Assembly: GCA_047495785.1 (NCBI GenBank)
Contig: JBLDXI010000015.1
Span: 3,658,001 to 3,722,000 of the forward strand
Direction of reading: 5' to 3'
Source of the DNA: Lepidodermella squamata
Taxonomy: Eukaryota; Animalia; Gastrotricha
DNA: 64,000 nt
Shown: positions 13,293 to 25,062 of the stretch, piece after piece
How the letters are laid out: each line of letters starts with the position of its first letter
Position numbering within the stretch: the stretch's first letter is position 1
Made by a program: the position numbers and the translations under genes
Notes under the pieces: generated by a model
Seen by the model: only the letters and a program-made list of their open reading frames with translations
Database searches by the model: none
What the model was told of the DNA's origin: nothing

Positions 13293-14662
13293 CAGCCGCC
13301 GTGTGACGTGTGGTCGTTCGGCGTAACTCTTTATGAACTGGCAAATTTCGTGAGACCAGTAAGAGCGATTGGAAATGGGCACATTTTTTAGTTACTATGA
13401 TTTCACTAATACTTTCACGAAAACTAATACTTCGATAGCGATCACCACATTATTGGCCATTTTTCGTAACCCGTGGAAAATTCGAAAAGCTCTTTCGTAA
13501 TTGGGAAATCGGTGAAGCGATCGCAGATAGGTAGCAGATAGGTAGCTTCGGCAGCGCATTGTTGAGATGATTAATCGCGTATTGGAGTCATTCAAGTAAA
13601 ATTAGGTCATTCGCATGATTTTTGTCAATTTGTTTCTGTGAAATCGCACGGTTTCGCCTGGTCTCAAGGCCGGGCGTTACTAGCTACATAAATGAGGATA
13701 ATTCATTAAGGTCAAACCCGGACAAGTATCATACTAGAATAAAAAACATTTTTAATAGAAAAAAATTATTCAATAATTGGTGACATTTTTTAGTTTAGAT
13801 TTATTAATTGTTCACCGATCGATATCAATGTTATTGGTAGAAAAGGAATTTCGAAGCAGTTCTTATCTTACGTTATCCCTCTTTTGCCTCCCAGGCAACT
13901 GCCGCGGCCATTCGACGATTCACGAGGCTACTCGCCTGAATGCCGTGACTTTATCATGTCGCTGCTGGAGAAGCGGAGCAATAGCCGGCCGGCCATCTAT
14001 CAAGCGCTTAGTCATGCATTTCTACGCCGCGATAGTGTTGTCGAAAGCCCACAACAACCAAAACAGCCGGTCGCACCTCAGCCAGACAAGCCGAACCAAG
14101 GGACAGAGAAATTGTCGAGGTCTAAACTGCAAGAGAAAGTCGAGCAGAAGCCTGCAAGCCTGGTAGAGCCTTCGAAGGCTGTTAAGTTCTTCATTTTTCA
14201 TGAATTCCAAATAATTTAGGCGGTCGTCGAGATCCCGAAAAATGAAGAGGATGCTATCAGGGTTGCTTTCATTATTAGAATAACTGCATTTATATTTCGA
14301 TGTGATGATTGAAACAGGAATTCGTGCGATGTGCAGTTGCGAATGATGCAACCAGAATGTCACAACTGCTGCTATATACGGAGCGATTGGGGCTGGACGT
14401 TAACGGCAAATATGGGGACGTCGAAGGAACTGCACTTCATGCTGCAGCAGAAAAAGGCCATGTTGAAATTGTTGAACTGCTAGCGGACGAGTTCAAAGCC
14501 GACGTCAACTCGGCAAAGAGGAATGGCCAGACGCCATTGCACCTCGCAGCCCGCGATGGCAAAGCTGACTTGGTGGAACTGCTGGCAGGCGAGATCAAAG
14601 CCGACGTCAATGCGACTGATATGGATGGCTGGACGCCATTGCACTATGCCGCCTCGTATGGG
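13293..14662 (+). pseudogene. 3' half of a Ser/Thr kinase-ankyrin gene (kinase C-lobe plus ankyrin repeats), inverted relative to its 5' half
   Basis: QPPCDVWSFGVTLYELANF at 13293-13349; YSPECRDFIMSLL..RP...ALSHAFL; ankyrin repeats GTALHAAAEKGH, GQTPLHLAARDG, GWTPLHYAASYG, then truncated. Confidence 0.85.
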
Positions 14663-14671
14663 CCGAGGCCG

Positions 14672-15895
14672 ACACACAGGGGCCGAATATTCTTCCCTTC
14701 TCGCATTTGCCGTTATCTCTGCAGAGTTGCATTAGAAATATGATGCCAACCCGGTCCGCGTTACGGCAGCTGATCAAAAACCAAAAACCAACTAAAAAAG
14801 CAAAAGCAGTCTGTTTTCTGTCTTTTACGCGTTAGTACGAGGTTCCAGTTTTCAGGCATTTACTACTTACGCTATGGATCGTAACACGTTCAAATCATCC
14901 TGCATAATTATTAGTTTCGATGTAATCTGGAGCTGCGTAGTCCTAAGTAGCAACACTCAGTGAGTTGTTTGTCGCCACAGTCCTGTTAATAGTAGATCAT
15001 AGACTTCGAAATGTTAATTCTCAAGTTGTCCTAATTATTTACTCATTCAAGTGTTTGGCGATTCCGAAACCTCCGAGTTTGACCGTTTGCCCATCATGGC
15101 TTAAAAATATGTTTTTAGGCTTGATGTCCCGGTGAACGATGCAGTTGTCGTGCAGGAAGTTTAACGCAGACGCCAATTGTCTAGCCCAAGATTGAAGCTG
15201 GACCTCGTAGATCTTCTCGTAACCAACTCCAATACGACTGTCCAAATCTCCGCCCTCGCAGTGCTCCATATCCAAATAGTACATCTGGCATCCCTGTTTC
15301 GCGCTCTCCTCTCCGCAGTATTGCTCTAAATTATTCGCAACAGTTAGATTTTACCATCGTAAAACTAGTTTATTTACCTTGAAAGGCGCCAAACAACGAC
15401 ACAATTTTAGGGTGACGTGGCTTTTCCAACTTCGAGTGCTGCACATACCGAGAACTTTTTCATTCCTCAAAAATTGCTTGAGATCTCACCTCGTCGGAGC
15501 TACTTTTGACTATCTTTCTTGATTGGCTATCATTTCCGTAAATATCTTCCAATCGAGTTAAGTAAACTTCTTTGACAACATAGTTTTCATAAGCTGTCCC
15601 CCTTCGGCACAAGTAGATTGTGCCAAAGGCACCACGGCCCAGTACCTTCCACGTATTGAACTCGCAGGATGATTTGAACGTGTTACGATCCATAGCGTAA
15701 GTAGTAAATGCCTGAAAACTGGAACCTCGTACTAACGCGTAAAAGACAGAAAACAGACTGCTTTTGCTTTTTTAGTTGGTTTTTGGTTTTTGATCAGCTG
15801 CCGTAACGCGGACCGGGTTGGCATCATATTTCTAATGCAACTCTGCAGAGATAACGGCAAATGCGAGAAGGGAAGAATATTCGGCCCCTGTGTGT
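14672..15895. repeat. 232-bp inverted duplication (14672-14903 vs 15664-15895)
   Basis: Direct reverse-complement match covering the kinase upstream region and first codons (MDRNTFKSSC). Confidence 0.9.
14904..15693 (-). pseudogene. 5' half of NEK-like Ser/Thr kinase
   Basis: LGRGAFG, VVKEV, HPKIV, MEHCEGGDL, HRDIKPKN motifs; DFG reads GFG; in-frame TAG just before DYAAPDY; ends abruptly at IETNNY (14904). Confidence 0.85.
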
Positions 15896-17095
15896 TTCCC
15901 GTTGAGATATTCAAGCGGAATGATATCAACTTCGCCGGATAATCTCTTCTGAGAGGTTGCTGTACATGCTCCGGTCTAATGAGACTGTGCTTCCCTGAAA
16001 TTCAGATTTCAGATTCCAGCCTGGGGTGTACGATGTGGGTGTACGATGGCGTACAAGTGTGGGAAGGAGGAGAGGGGGGGGGGGGTATCGTACCCCCATT
16101 TCCAGGAGGTCCAGGCAAGAAAATTCGAAACAAAACAGTAAACTGGAAATATTTGTGAATGAAGCAGATTCCTCGAACTAGGGGTATTTTCCGACCCGAT
16201 TTTGCAGGCTCAAAAGGTCTAGTGCTTTGAGGTTCCATGCGTGGACCTCTCTAACTTCCTCAAAGCTCTCGAAGATATCATCCTCGTGAATTTGCTTATG
16301 TTTATGTCTAGTTTTTATTTATGTACAGCGCTGTGGAAGGACTTCATTGCAGATGGCCTCTCAGATTGCTCTGCTGATTGCTGATGAGTACAGGGGTAGC
16401 TCTAACGATCCAGGCTAGAAAACCCGAAAAAACCACAAAGACTTATTTGCTAAGATTCGAGGCTGAAAATACCCGATTGTACCCCCTAGCTCGAGGATCC
16501 TACTTCGCGCGATGTTTCTACCTATAAATGAGATTCAACAATTCGATATTCTGCTGTCATTAAAAATAGAAACTATCATCGCACCGGCATTCAAGATCGA
16601 AGCAGCAAAGCCCGCAGACATAGTCTTTCCCGCCTATATCAATCGATGAGAAAACAAACGTTCAGCCTGCAGTGCAAAGAAAACTTATTTGCCGCTGACT
16701 AACCGCAGTAATTTTTATCTGAAGTTCTGCATAATAAAAGATGACAAACACGCAGACATTGTCTTTCGTACAAACGAGATCTCTCGCTAGCTATGACTGA
16801 AGTGAAACCTTAAAGACTCCGCACATATAAAATACAGGATATCTTTGGACAATCGACGAGAACGTGTTGTATTCAATCACCTGATAGTCTAAATGGAATT
16901 GAGAAATAGTGAGCTCAATATTTCTCAATGCGAAAAGACAATACTGAAAAATATGTTTTTCTCTAGCTACGTAATATCGTTAGGGTCGTCGAATAGCTCG
17001 AGTTTAGCTGTCAGTGACAACGTTAACTTGTCACCCGTCATCTTGAAACAGATGTATACAATTCTAAATCCGAGTTATTCAAACGATATATTTTA

Positions 17096-19808
17096 TCAAG
17101 CTCCTGGAGCGTTGCGACCTTTCAAATGGCGCTCCAGTTCCTCCTCACTCGCCACGGTTAACCACTCATTCATGGCGCTACCACTACTTGCCAGCTTCCC
17201 ATCACAGGTTTTCGTTTCCTGATCAGCCTCCATTGCTGATTCTGATGAAAACCCCATAATAGCCAATTTCAGAATTGTTTGCAATATAGACATACTCAAT
17301 AAACTTCCGAAACCTTGAAGCCTGCCAATATAACAGTGATTGTCGTTCAAACCCGCGCTGAATACCAGGCTGTCAGGCGATTCGATGAAAATACTTCTCG
17401 CGTATAGGAAAGGTCGAATGATTCCCGCATCTGTTGTCGGTACCGACAGCATCATAGCAGGGTCGAAAAGTATAGGCGTTGTGACGAGCACAACACGAAA
17501 CGTTTTCGCATTGATCAAGGTAAGTTGAGCACAATACTCTGCATCAAATAAAGTTAAGAAATTAATTAGATGTGTCTAGAGATCGAGCCTTACTTCTTCC
17601 GAATCGTCTCATAACAGCATGAGTCATCGAAAGATAGTAATCCCCGCTGTATTGGACAAGCGGCGAGCCGCCCCGGAGTACAAAGCCGCCTGTATCGATT
17701 TGGTTGCTTCCGCCTGATATGAACTTGCAGTTCAACATTCTTGAAGTTACATCGGTGAATGGCTCGAAATTGCACTCCATCACCCGCATTTCTGGCGCGA
17801 ACTGATATATAAACCGCAGTTTGCCTTCATAGACCCAAGGAGCCCAGTTCTTCTCAATTCCATTCAAATTATCCGCCTTGATTGAATACAATACGTTCTC
17901 GTCGATTGACCAAAGATATTGCCTCCTGAACATTGATTATTGGAATATAAAAATTGTTAAACATCGATAAAACAATACCGCCAGGTCCCTCCACCATGAT
18001 TATGCCCGTTAATAAAATTCATGCTTATTTGCAGACCCCCCCTAGAAAAGTGAACGACGAGAAATTCAAATTTCGCGTTCTTCCGCATGTTTTTCACTGC
18101 AAATAAAATTTGTATTGGAAAACAAATTTAAAAACTAAAATAAGAAAGAAATTAGAATTTTAAAAAATATTTTGTTTACATTAGCAACGGGTTTTCGTTC
18201 GTTCGTTGGGCAACGAGCGCGCTAGGCCGCGGCGTCGTCCTAGGCTTCCCTACGTCGCAGCGCAAAAACTATGAGGGGTAGATCATTTCTGTAAATTGCG
18301 CTGAACTCAGCATGGTCGAATTACCTAGAAACCGTTGAAAAACCGATAAGTCAGAAAAATCGACATTTTGCCCCTCCAGCGCCTTAGTACCCCCTTAGGG
18401 GTCATCTTAGGTCATCTTGGTGATCTCTCTGGATCTCTAACCGAGACACGTGGAAGCTTCTAATATTGATTTTCAGATTCTCCGCACTCGATTTAGTATA
18501 GAAATGATCTTTAGGAGACATCATGACTGCCCAAAGTCATTTGACGAAATGGGGTTGTAGGTCAAGATGACACGCTAACCCACCTTAACTAAAGATGACT
18601 AATGAAGATCTCTTACGACTCAATGTGTAAAGATGTTCTCTCTATAAGATCATTTCTATACTAAATCGAGTGCGGAGAATCTGAAAATCAATATTAGAAG
18701 CTTCCACGTGTCTCGGTTAGAGATCCAGAGAGATCACCAAGATGACCTAAGATGACCCCTAAGGGGGTACTAAGGCGCTGGAGGGGCAAAATGTCGATTT
18801 TTCTGACTTATCGGTTTTTCAACGGTTTCTAGGTAATTCGACCATGCTGAGTTCAGCGCAATTCACAGAATTGTTCTAACCTTCACAGTTTTTCATCTAC
18901 AACATTGGGAACGCTAGAACGACGCCGCGGCCTCGTTGCCCAACGAACGAACGAAAACCCGTTGCTAATGTAAACAAAATATTTTTTAAAATTCTAATTT
19001 CTTTCTTATTTTAGTTTTTAAATTTGTTTTCCAATACAAATTTTATTTGCAGTGAAAAACATGCGGAAGAACGCGAAATTTGAATTTCTCGTCGTTCACT
19101 TTTCTAGGGGGGGTCTGCAAATAAGCTAAAATTCATCAACAAGTCTCCATTGATTTCTATCAATCTTGGATCTTCAGGTCCTGTGTAAAGTGTGTCCTGA
19201 ACCGGGCTGGGAATCCCCAAGAAGTGTCCAGAATTTCGAATTATTCTGAGATCTTCATCTAGCTGCAACACGTAGGCCGTGCTGTCTTGGTATCTATTTC
19301 TGACATTGCCAGCCCAACGGTCGAGGCGAAGCCATACTCGAAATGCACATGTTAGTATTTCGCCCCGAGGCAGGCAGGAAACTTGGAAAGGGTACGCATC
19401 ACCATGAGCCATCCACTGCTCGGACCGAATGTGTTCGGCGAACATTTGTTTCACGTGATTGTTGATTGTTGGCGAGAAATTTATCAGGATCGAAGTTTCC
19501 ACTTCTGCGGAACTTTCGTTTGTAACTGCGCCGCCTGTACAGGCCAGTTTATTGATATGACTGGCTCGTAGTTTGTAGGTGAAATTTGTATCGCCTGAGC
19601 GTAAGAATCTGAACCTTCGGCTTTGCGCTGAGCTCGAATTGAGTTTAGTTGTCGAGTTTGGGTAGTTTCTTGTCGAGTATATGATCTCGCCTCGGCTGAA
19701 TCGGCCGGTTTCAATGACGAAAAACAACAAAATCACAACTGCAGCTAAAATGCCAAACGACTTGTATGTGCTGTTTCGGCTGAAGTAATTGCGGCTAATC
19801 CGTAGCAC
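17096..19808 (-). pseudogene. BMT-like copy 3, interrupted by a foldback element; start codon reads GTG
   Basis: Colinear with copy 1; insertion 18023-19126 in exon 1 just after GPEDPRL; the position homologous to the copy 1 ATG is GTG (19806-19808). Confidence 0.9.
18023..19126. mobile_element. Non-autonomous foldback/Mutator-like element, 1104 bp
   Basis: ~480-bp inverted arms starting GCTTATTTGCAGACCCCCCCTAG, ~135-bp spacer, 10-bp TSD TAAAATTCAT (18013-18022, 19127-19136); empty site visible in copy 1. Confidence 0.95.
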
Positions 19809-19970
19809 TCTAGGAAATGTTTCTGTTGGAAATGTTTATTCGAGTCTTTAAGGTATCAATTATTCAGTCATCGATTTCGTTAGCAACTAACCGCTAGCGA
19901 TACACCTCGCTTGAACGAATTCGCGCCAGTTTTTGAGAGGGAGGGTAGCGTCTCTGCATAGCTTTCTTAT

Positions 19971-20004
19971 CATAGAGAACGAAGTGATCACTCCGTTCTC
20001 TATG
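19971..20004. mobile_element. 34-bp P-type excision footprint (17+17 bp TIR ends)
   Basis: CATAGAGAACGAAGTGA|TCACTCCGTTCTCTATG flanked by 8-bp direct repeat TTTCTTAT; absent from the homologous module at ~5110-5130. Confidence 0.8.
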
Positions 20005-21439
20005 TTTCTTATATTATGCATAACTTCAGATCAAAAGTTGCTGGTATGTTTAAGCTGCATATTACTAAATTGGACTAGATGAACGTGATTATTTACTTAT
20101 CGATCGGAGTAAGAGAAGGTGTCAGCAGGCTTTGCTGCTGCTGCGATCTTGAATGCCAATAAATGGAATGTCGGTGCCAACATAATTTCCATATTTTAAT
20201 GCCAAAAATATCGAAATTTGGCGCTCTTCTTCGCGGAAAGTGCACTAGCTCGATACGCTAACTGGACCATTTCACGACTCCACTCTCAAAACCGGTCGCG
20301 GAACCGAGCTGATAAAACTGAATCGACATGAATAAGTAGTGTGGTTGATACTTTTAAAACCATAAGGCAAATCCATCACTCAACACAGCTGCAAAAATTT
20401 TCGACTATTAAGTAATAGATTCTGATTATCGATTATCTATATTCTATATAGATTTCATCTAACCCGGAATTCAACCTTTCAATAACTCAGCTAAATATAT
20501 CCTTTTTCATTCGCTTTGAAGTTGGAATTATTTCTCCAAAATGCTGTCCGAATGTCCTGGGATGTTCCTGTCAAGTTCCACCTCCAATTTTGGCCAATTG
20601 ATATCATGCCTTATCGAGAGAGTTTCGATGAGAGCCGATCAATCACTGTTGATGTTGTTGATTTTACTGAGAAATAACATATTTCAATAGGCCGTTATTT
20701 ATACCCTTGCATAGCTCTCTTTGTTGGAGATTACAGTCAATTCAAGTATATAGGAATTGGCTCCCCGGCCAGTACTCCGATTTTGCTGATATAATATAGT
20801 ATATAATGAACTGATATTTAAATCGCAGTTTGCCATCATCTACACCCAAGGAGCCCAGTTTTTCTCAATTCGCTTCAGATATCGGGTTTGATTGAGTACA
20901 ACATGTTCTCGTCGATTGTCCAAAGTTATTGGCTCCTGAATTTTATATGAGCAGAGTTTTCACGGCTTCACTTCAGTCATCGATTCCCAGCAAGCGATAC
21001 ATCTCGCTTGAACGAACTCACACCAGCTAGTGAGTGGGAGGGCGGCGCCTCCTTTAGCTTTCTTTTATTTTGCATAACTTTAGATCAAACATTATTGGTT
21101 TGATTAGCAGCATATTTTGAACGCATGCTGAGCGTCTGTTTTCATCGATTTGAACCTTCGAAAACGACAATGTCTGCGGGCTTTGCTGCTGCGGTCTTGC
21201 CGGTGCGATCATAGTTTCTATTTTTAAATGACAGCAGAATATCGAACCTTTGAATCTAATTTAGGTAGAAAATCGATTCAGAGGTGAATTACCGCTTAGC
21301 CTAACACCAGGTATTCTATGACCTACTAACCTGCACCCACAAAATCTGTTTATAATTGAATGATTCATTCTTCTGAAGCAAAAATATCCTTTATAACGGT
21401 AAGCTGATTTCCGTCAAACTTGATTTGCGTTCGATAGCC

Positions 21440-21660
21440 ATAATTATTGATCGAAAATTCACGGTTACCTATTTTCAGGGACCATCGAGTTCACGGTTGT
21501 GGCTTCAGTCGAAGCTGTGTTAATAGATCGCAGTTAAAAGCCTAACTGAAGTATGCAAGGAACAAGTCACAGCTAGCTTGATTGCCTTTAGAAGGTAAGT
21601 TGGAAATTGTTTGGCTTGAAGCAGCCGCCCATGCGAGCAACATTCGAGTCTCTGACCACG
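21440..21660 (-). pseudogene. Degenerate copy of exons of the secreted gene at the window start
   Basis: Similar to ~400-620 (CCTATTTTCAGGGA..ACGGTTGTGGCT..GAAGCTG..GCTTGATTG). Confidence 0.65.
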
Positions 21661-22739
21661 TTCCGCCGACCTTGATCTACCTAAGACTATAACGGAAGGC
21701 CAAAAAATCATTCTAGACCTCATTGTGACAATCAGGACCGTTGGTAGAGAAATTATAACACAGACCCTGCTAATTTTCAAAAAGCGGTCTCTTGCGTTTC
21801 ACCGCCTGCTGCCATGCACATATTACGCATTCGGGTCAAATTTTATCGACGGATTATTGAAGCCTGAACTGAGGTCCCCGTCAAAAAGGTCGGACCGAGA
21901 CCCATCAGGTGAGTGGATAGAGCAGGAATACCTAATTTCGGCCGCTTCCTAAATTCGATCTTTTATTTCATATCTTATATCTTTCTATCTCATGGAGAGT
22001 CTATAGGGCTATACGACGACACCAAGAAATCGATAATCGGCCCAGTGGTTAGGGAACGCAATTGACCGCAATTTTCACATGTTTATTGGAGAAAAACTAC
22101 CCAATCACGCTCATTTTAACAAGTTTTCGAGTCAGTTTTCTTACAATACGGCTGGATTGATTTCGGGCGCGATAAGTCAGCATGGTAGTGCGTGCATTGG
22201 GCTATCGAACGATACAGAGAAATAAAACTTCCGAAGGGTATTAGTTATGGACTTTGTGTTGACGAAATGTCACCTATCCTTTGTTAACATGTTCGGAATA
22301 TTGCCGAATTGCGAGTGGACGCTTCACAAAAGAGACAAAAAGACTCAAAGACTCACTCTACATGAGATTCAAAAAGAATTCAATGCATGTTTGTCAAACA
22401 AAAATGGAGTCTACGATCGCATCGCCATTCAATATTGTAGCAATAAAGCCTGCTGACACCTTCTTTTTCGCCACTTCCAATATCGATCAGAAAAAAATCA
22501 CTCTCAGCATGGAGCCTGCAGCGAAATTACAAGCCGCTAAAACAAATCAGCAATGTTTGCTCTGAAGTTATGCATAATAAAAGATAGCTATGTAGAGACG
22601 CTATGCTTTCCCACTCGATAACTAGCGCGAGTTCATTCAAACGATCTCTCTCTCTAGCTGCGATTTGCTAACAAAATCGATGCTGACTGGAGTGAAACCT
22701 CGAAGACTCCGCTTGTAAAAATATCCAGCGGAATCTAGA

Positions 22740-24355
22740 ATGCTACAAATTAGCTGCAATTACTTCAGCCAGAACAGCACATCCAAGTCGATAGGACTCG
22801 GCATTTTGGCGGCTGTTGTCATTTTGATATTTTTCATCACTGAAACTGGTCGTTTCACAAATTCAAGGCTATTCAGATTTATAACAGCCCGAGACGAGAT
22901 CATATACTCAACTAGAAACTACCTCAATTCTAGCTCAACACATAGTGGAAGGTTCAGATTCCTACGCTCAGGCGATACAAATTTCACCTACAATCTACGA
23001 GCCAGTCATATCAATAAACTGGCCTGTACAGGCGGCGCAATTACAAACGAAAGTTCCGCAGAAGTGGAAACTTCGATCCTGATAAATTTCTCGCCAACAA
23101 TCAACAATCACGTGAAACAAATGTTCGCCGAACACATTCGGTCCGAGCAGTGGATGGCTCATGGTGATACGTACCCGTTCCAAGTTTCCTGCCTGCCTCG
23201 TGGTGACATACTAACTTGTGCCTTTCGAATTTGGCTCCGCCTTGACCGGTGGGGCGGCAATGTTAGGAATCGATACCAAGATAGCACTGCCTATGTGTTG
23301 CAATTAGATGAAGATCTTAGAATTATTCGAAATTCTGGGCACTTCATAGGAATTCCTAGCCCGGTTCAGGACACACTGTATACAGGACCCGAAGACCCGA
23401 GGTTGATAGAAATTAATGGCGATTTGTTGATGAATTTTATTAACGGGCATAATCATGGTGGAGGGACTTGGCGGTATTTTTTATCGATGTTCACCAATTT
23501 TTATATTCCTATAATCAATGTTCAGGAGGCAATATCTTTGGTCAATCGACGAAAGTGTGTTGTATTCAATCAAGGCTGATAATCTGAATGGAATTGAGAA
23601 GAACTGGGCTCCTTGGGTCTATGAAGGCAAACTGCGATTTATATATCAGTTTGCGCCAGAAATGCGGGTGATGGAATGCAATTTCGAGTCATTCAACGAT
23701 GAAACTTCAAGAATGTTGAACTGCAAGTTCATATCGGGTGGAAGCAACCAAATCGATACTGGCGGTTTTGTACTCCGAGGCGGCTCGCCGCTTGTCCAAT
23801 ACAGCGGGGATTACTATCTTTCGATGACTCACGCTGTTATGAGACGATTCGGAAGAAGTAAGGCTCCATCTTGAGACACATCTAATTAATTTCTTAACTT
23901 TATTTGATGCAGAATATTGTGCTCAACTAACCCTGATCAATGCGAAAACGTTTCGTGTTGTGCTCGTCACAACGCCTATACTTTTCGACCCTGCTATGAT
24001 GCTGTCGGTACCGACAACAGATGCGGGAATTATTCGACCTTTCCTATATGCAAGGAGTATCTTCATCGAATCGCCTGACAGTCTGGTATTCAGCGCGGGC
24101 TTGAACGACAATCACTGTTACATTGGCAGGCTTCAGGGCTTCGGAAGTTTATTGAGTAAGTCTATATTGCAAACAATTCTTAAATTGGCTATTTTGAGGT
24201 TTTTATCAGAATCAGCAATGGAAGCTGATCAGGAAACGAAAAATTGTGATGGAAAGCTGGCAAGTAGTGGTAGTGCCATGAATGAGTGGTTGATCGCGGC
24301 AAGTGACGACGAACTGGAACGTCATTTTAAAGGTCGCAACGCTCCAGGAGCTTAA
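22740..24355 (+). CDS. BMT/GT91-like copy 4, intact, 4 exons, ~484 aa
   Basis: Exons 22740-23473, 23526-23857, 23913-24155, 24210-24355 in frame; all motifs present. Confidence 0.8.
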
Positions 24356-25062
24356 TGGGCTACGAGAATATAATTGTTTTAGTGTTTCCTTTTCTGCTGC
24401 TGATTTTTGTCGAAATGCTATAAACTCTCGGTGATATTTTTATTTTTTCCGTGATGTGTCCTGAGCTAAATAAAAAGGGTCGAAATATTAAATCGGCAAT
24501 TCTTGTTTCTTTGTCCAATTTTTTCGTTTGAGATATAAAATCCTCGCACAACAACCTTTCTCCGCTTGTAACATCAGGATCAGCAGAAAGCTCATCTAAA
24601 CAACGTGGCCAGGTGAGTAGATCAAGCTACTTGGCAACGATTGCTATGATTTTGCGGTGAGTTTTGTTTTTGAATTTTATAGGTGAGCGATTTACAGGAA
24701 AAAGTCCAATAAACAAAAAGGCCAAATGCTGAAGGAGTCACCCATATAGACTATGATTCGAAGGTTCCTACTTGCCAGTTCATCTAAGCTGCTTATTATT
24801 TGGTCATACATGTTCGACATCTGTAGAAATTGTCACTGATATTAAAATTGAAACTGTTCCAATCAAAGTTCATCAAAACTGGCTAACAGGTCAAACGAGC
24901 TGTACATAGTGATATTCCTCGTCAATTCAGAAATTATGCTCACTTTTCCCAGCCATTCCCTTTAACGAAATAGGCGATCGATATTTATACCGATATCTGT
25001 CATACGAGGCTGTTTATGATGGCCGAATAGAATTCCTCCATGCCGTCATGACTTTCCGAAGT

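Noticed and set aside
16030-16515. Possible hAT-type MITE with poly-G near its left end
   Set aside because: No convincing matching TIR or TSD could be defined
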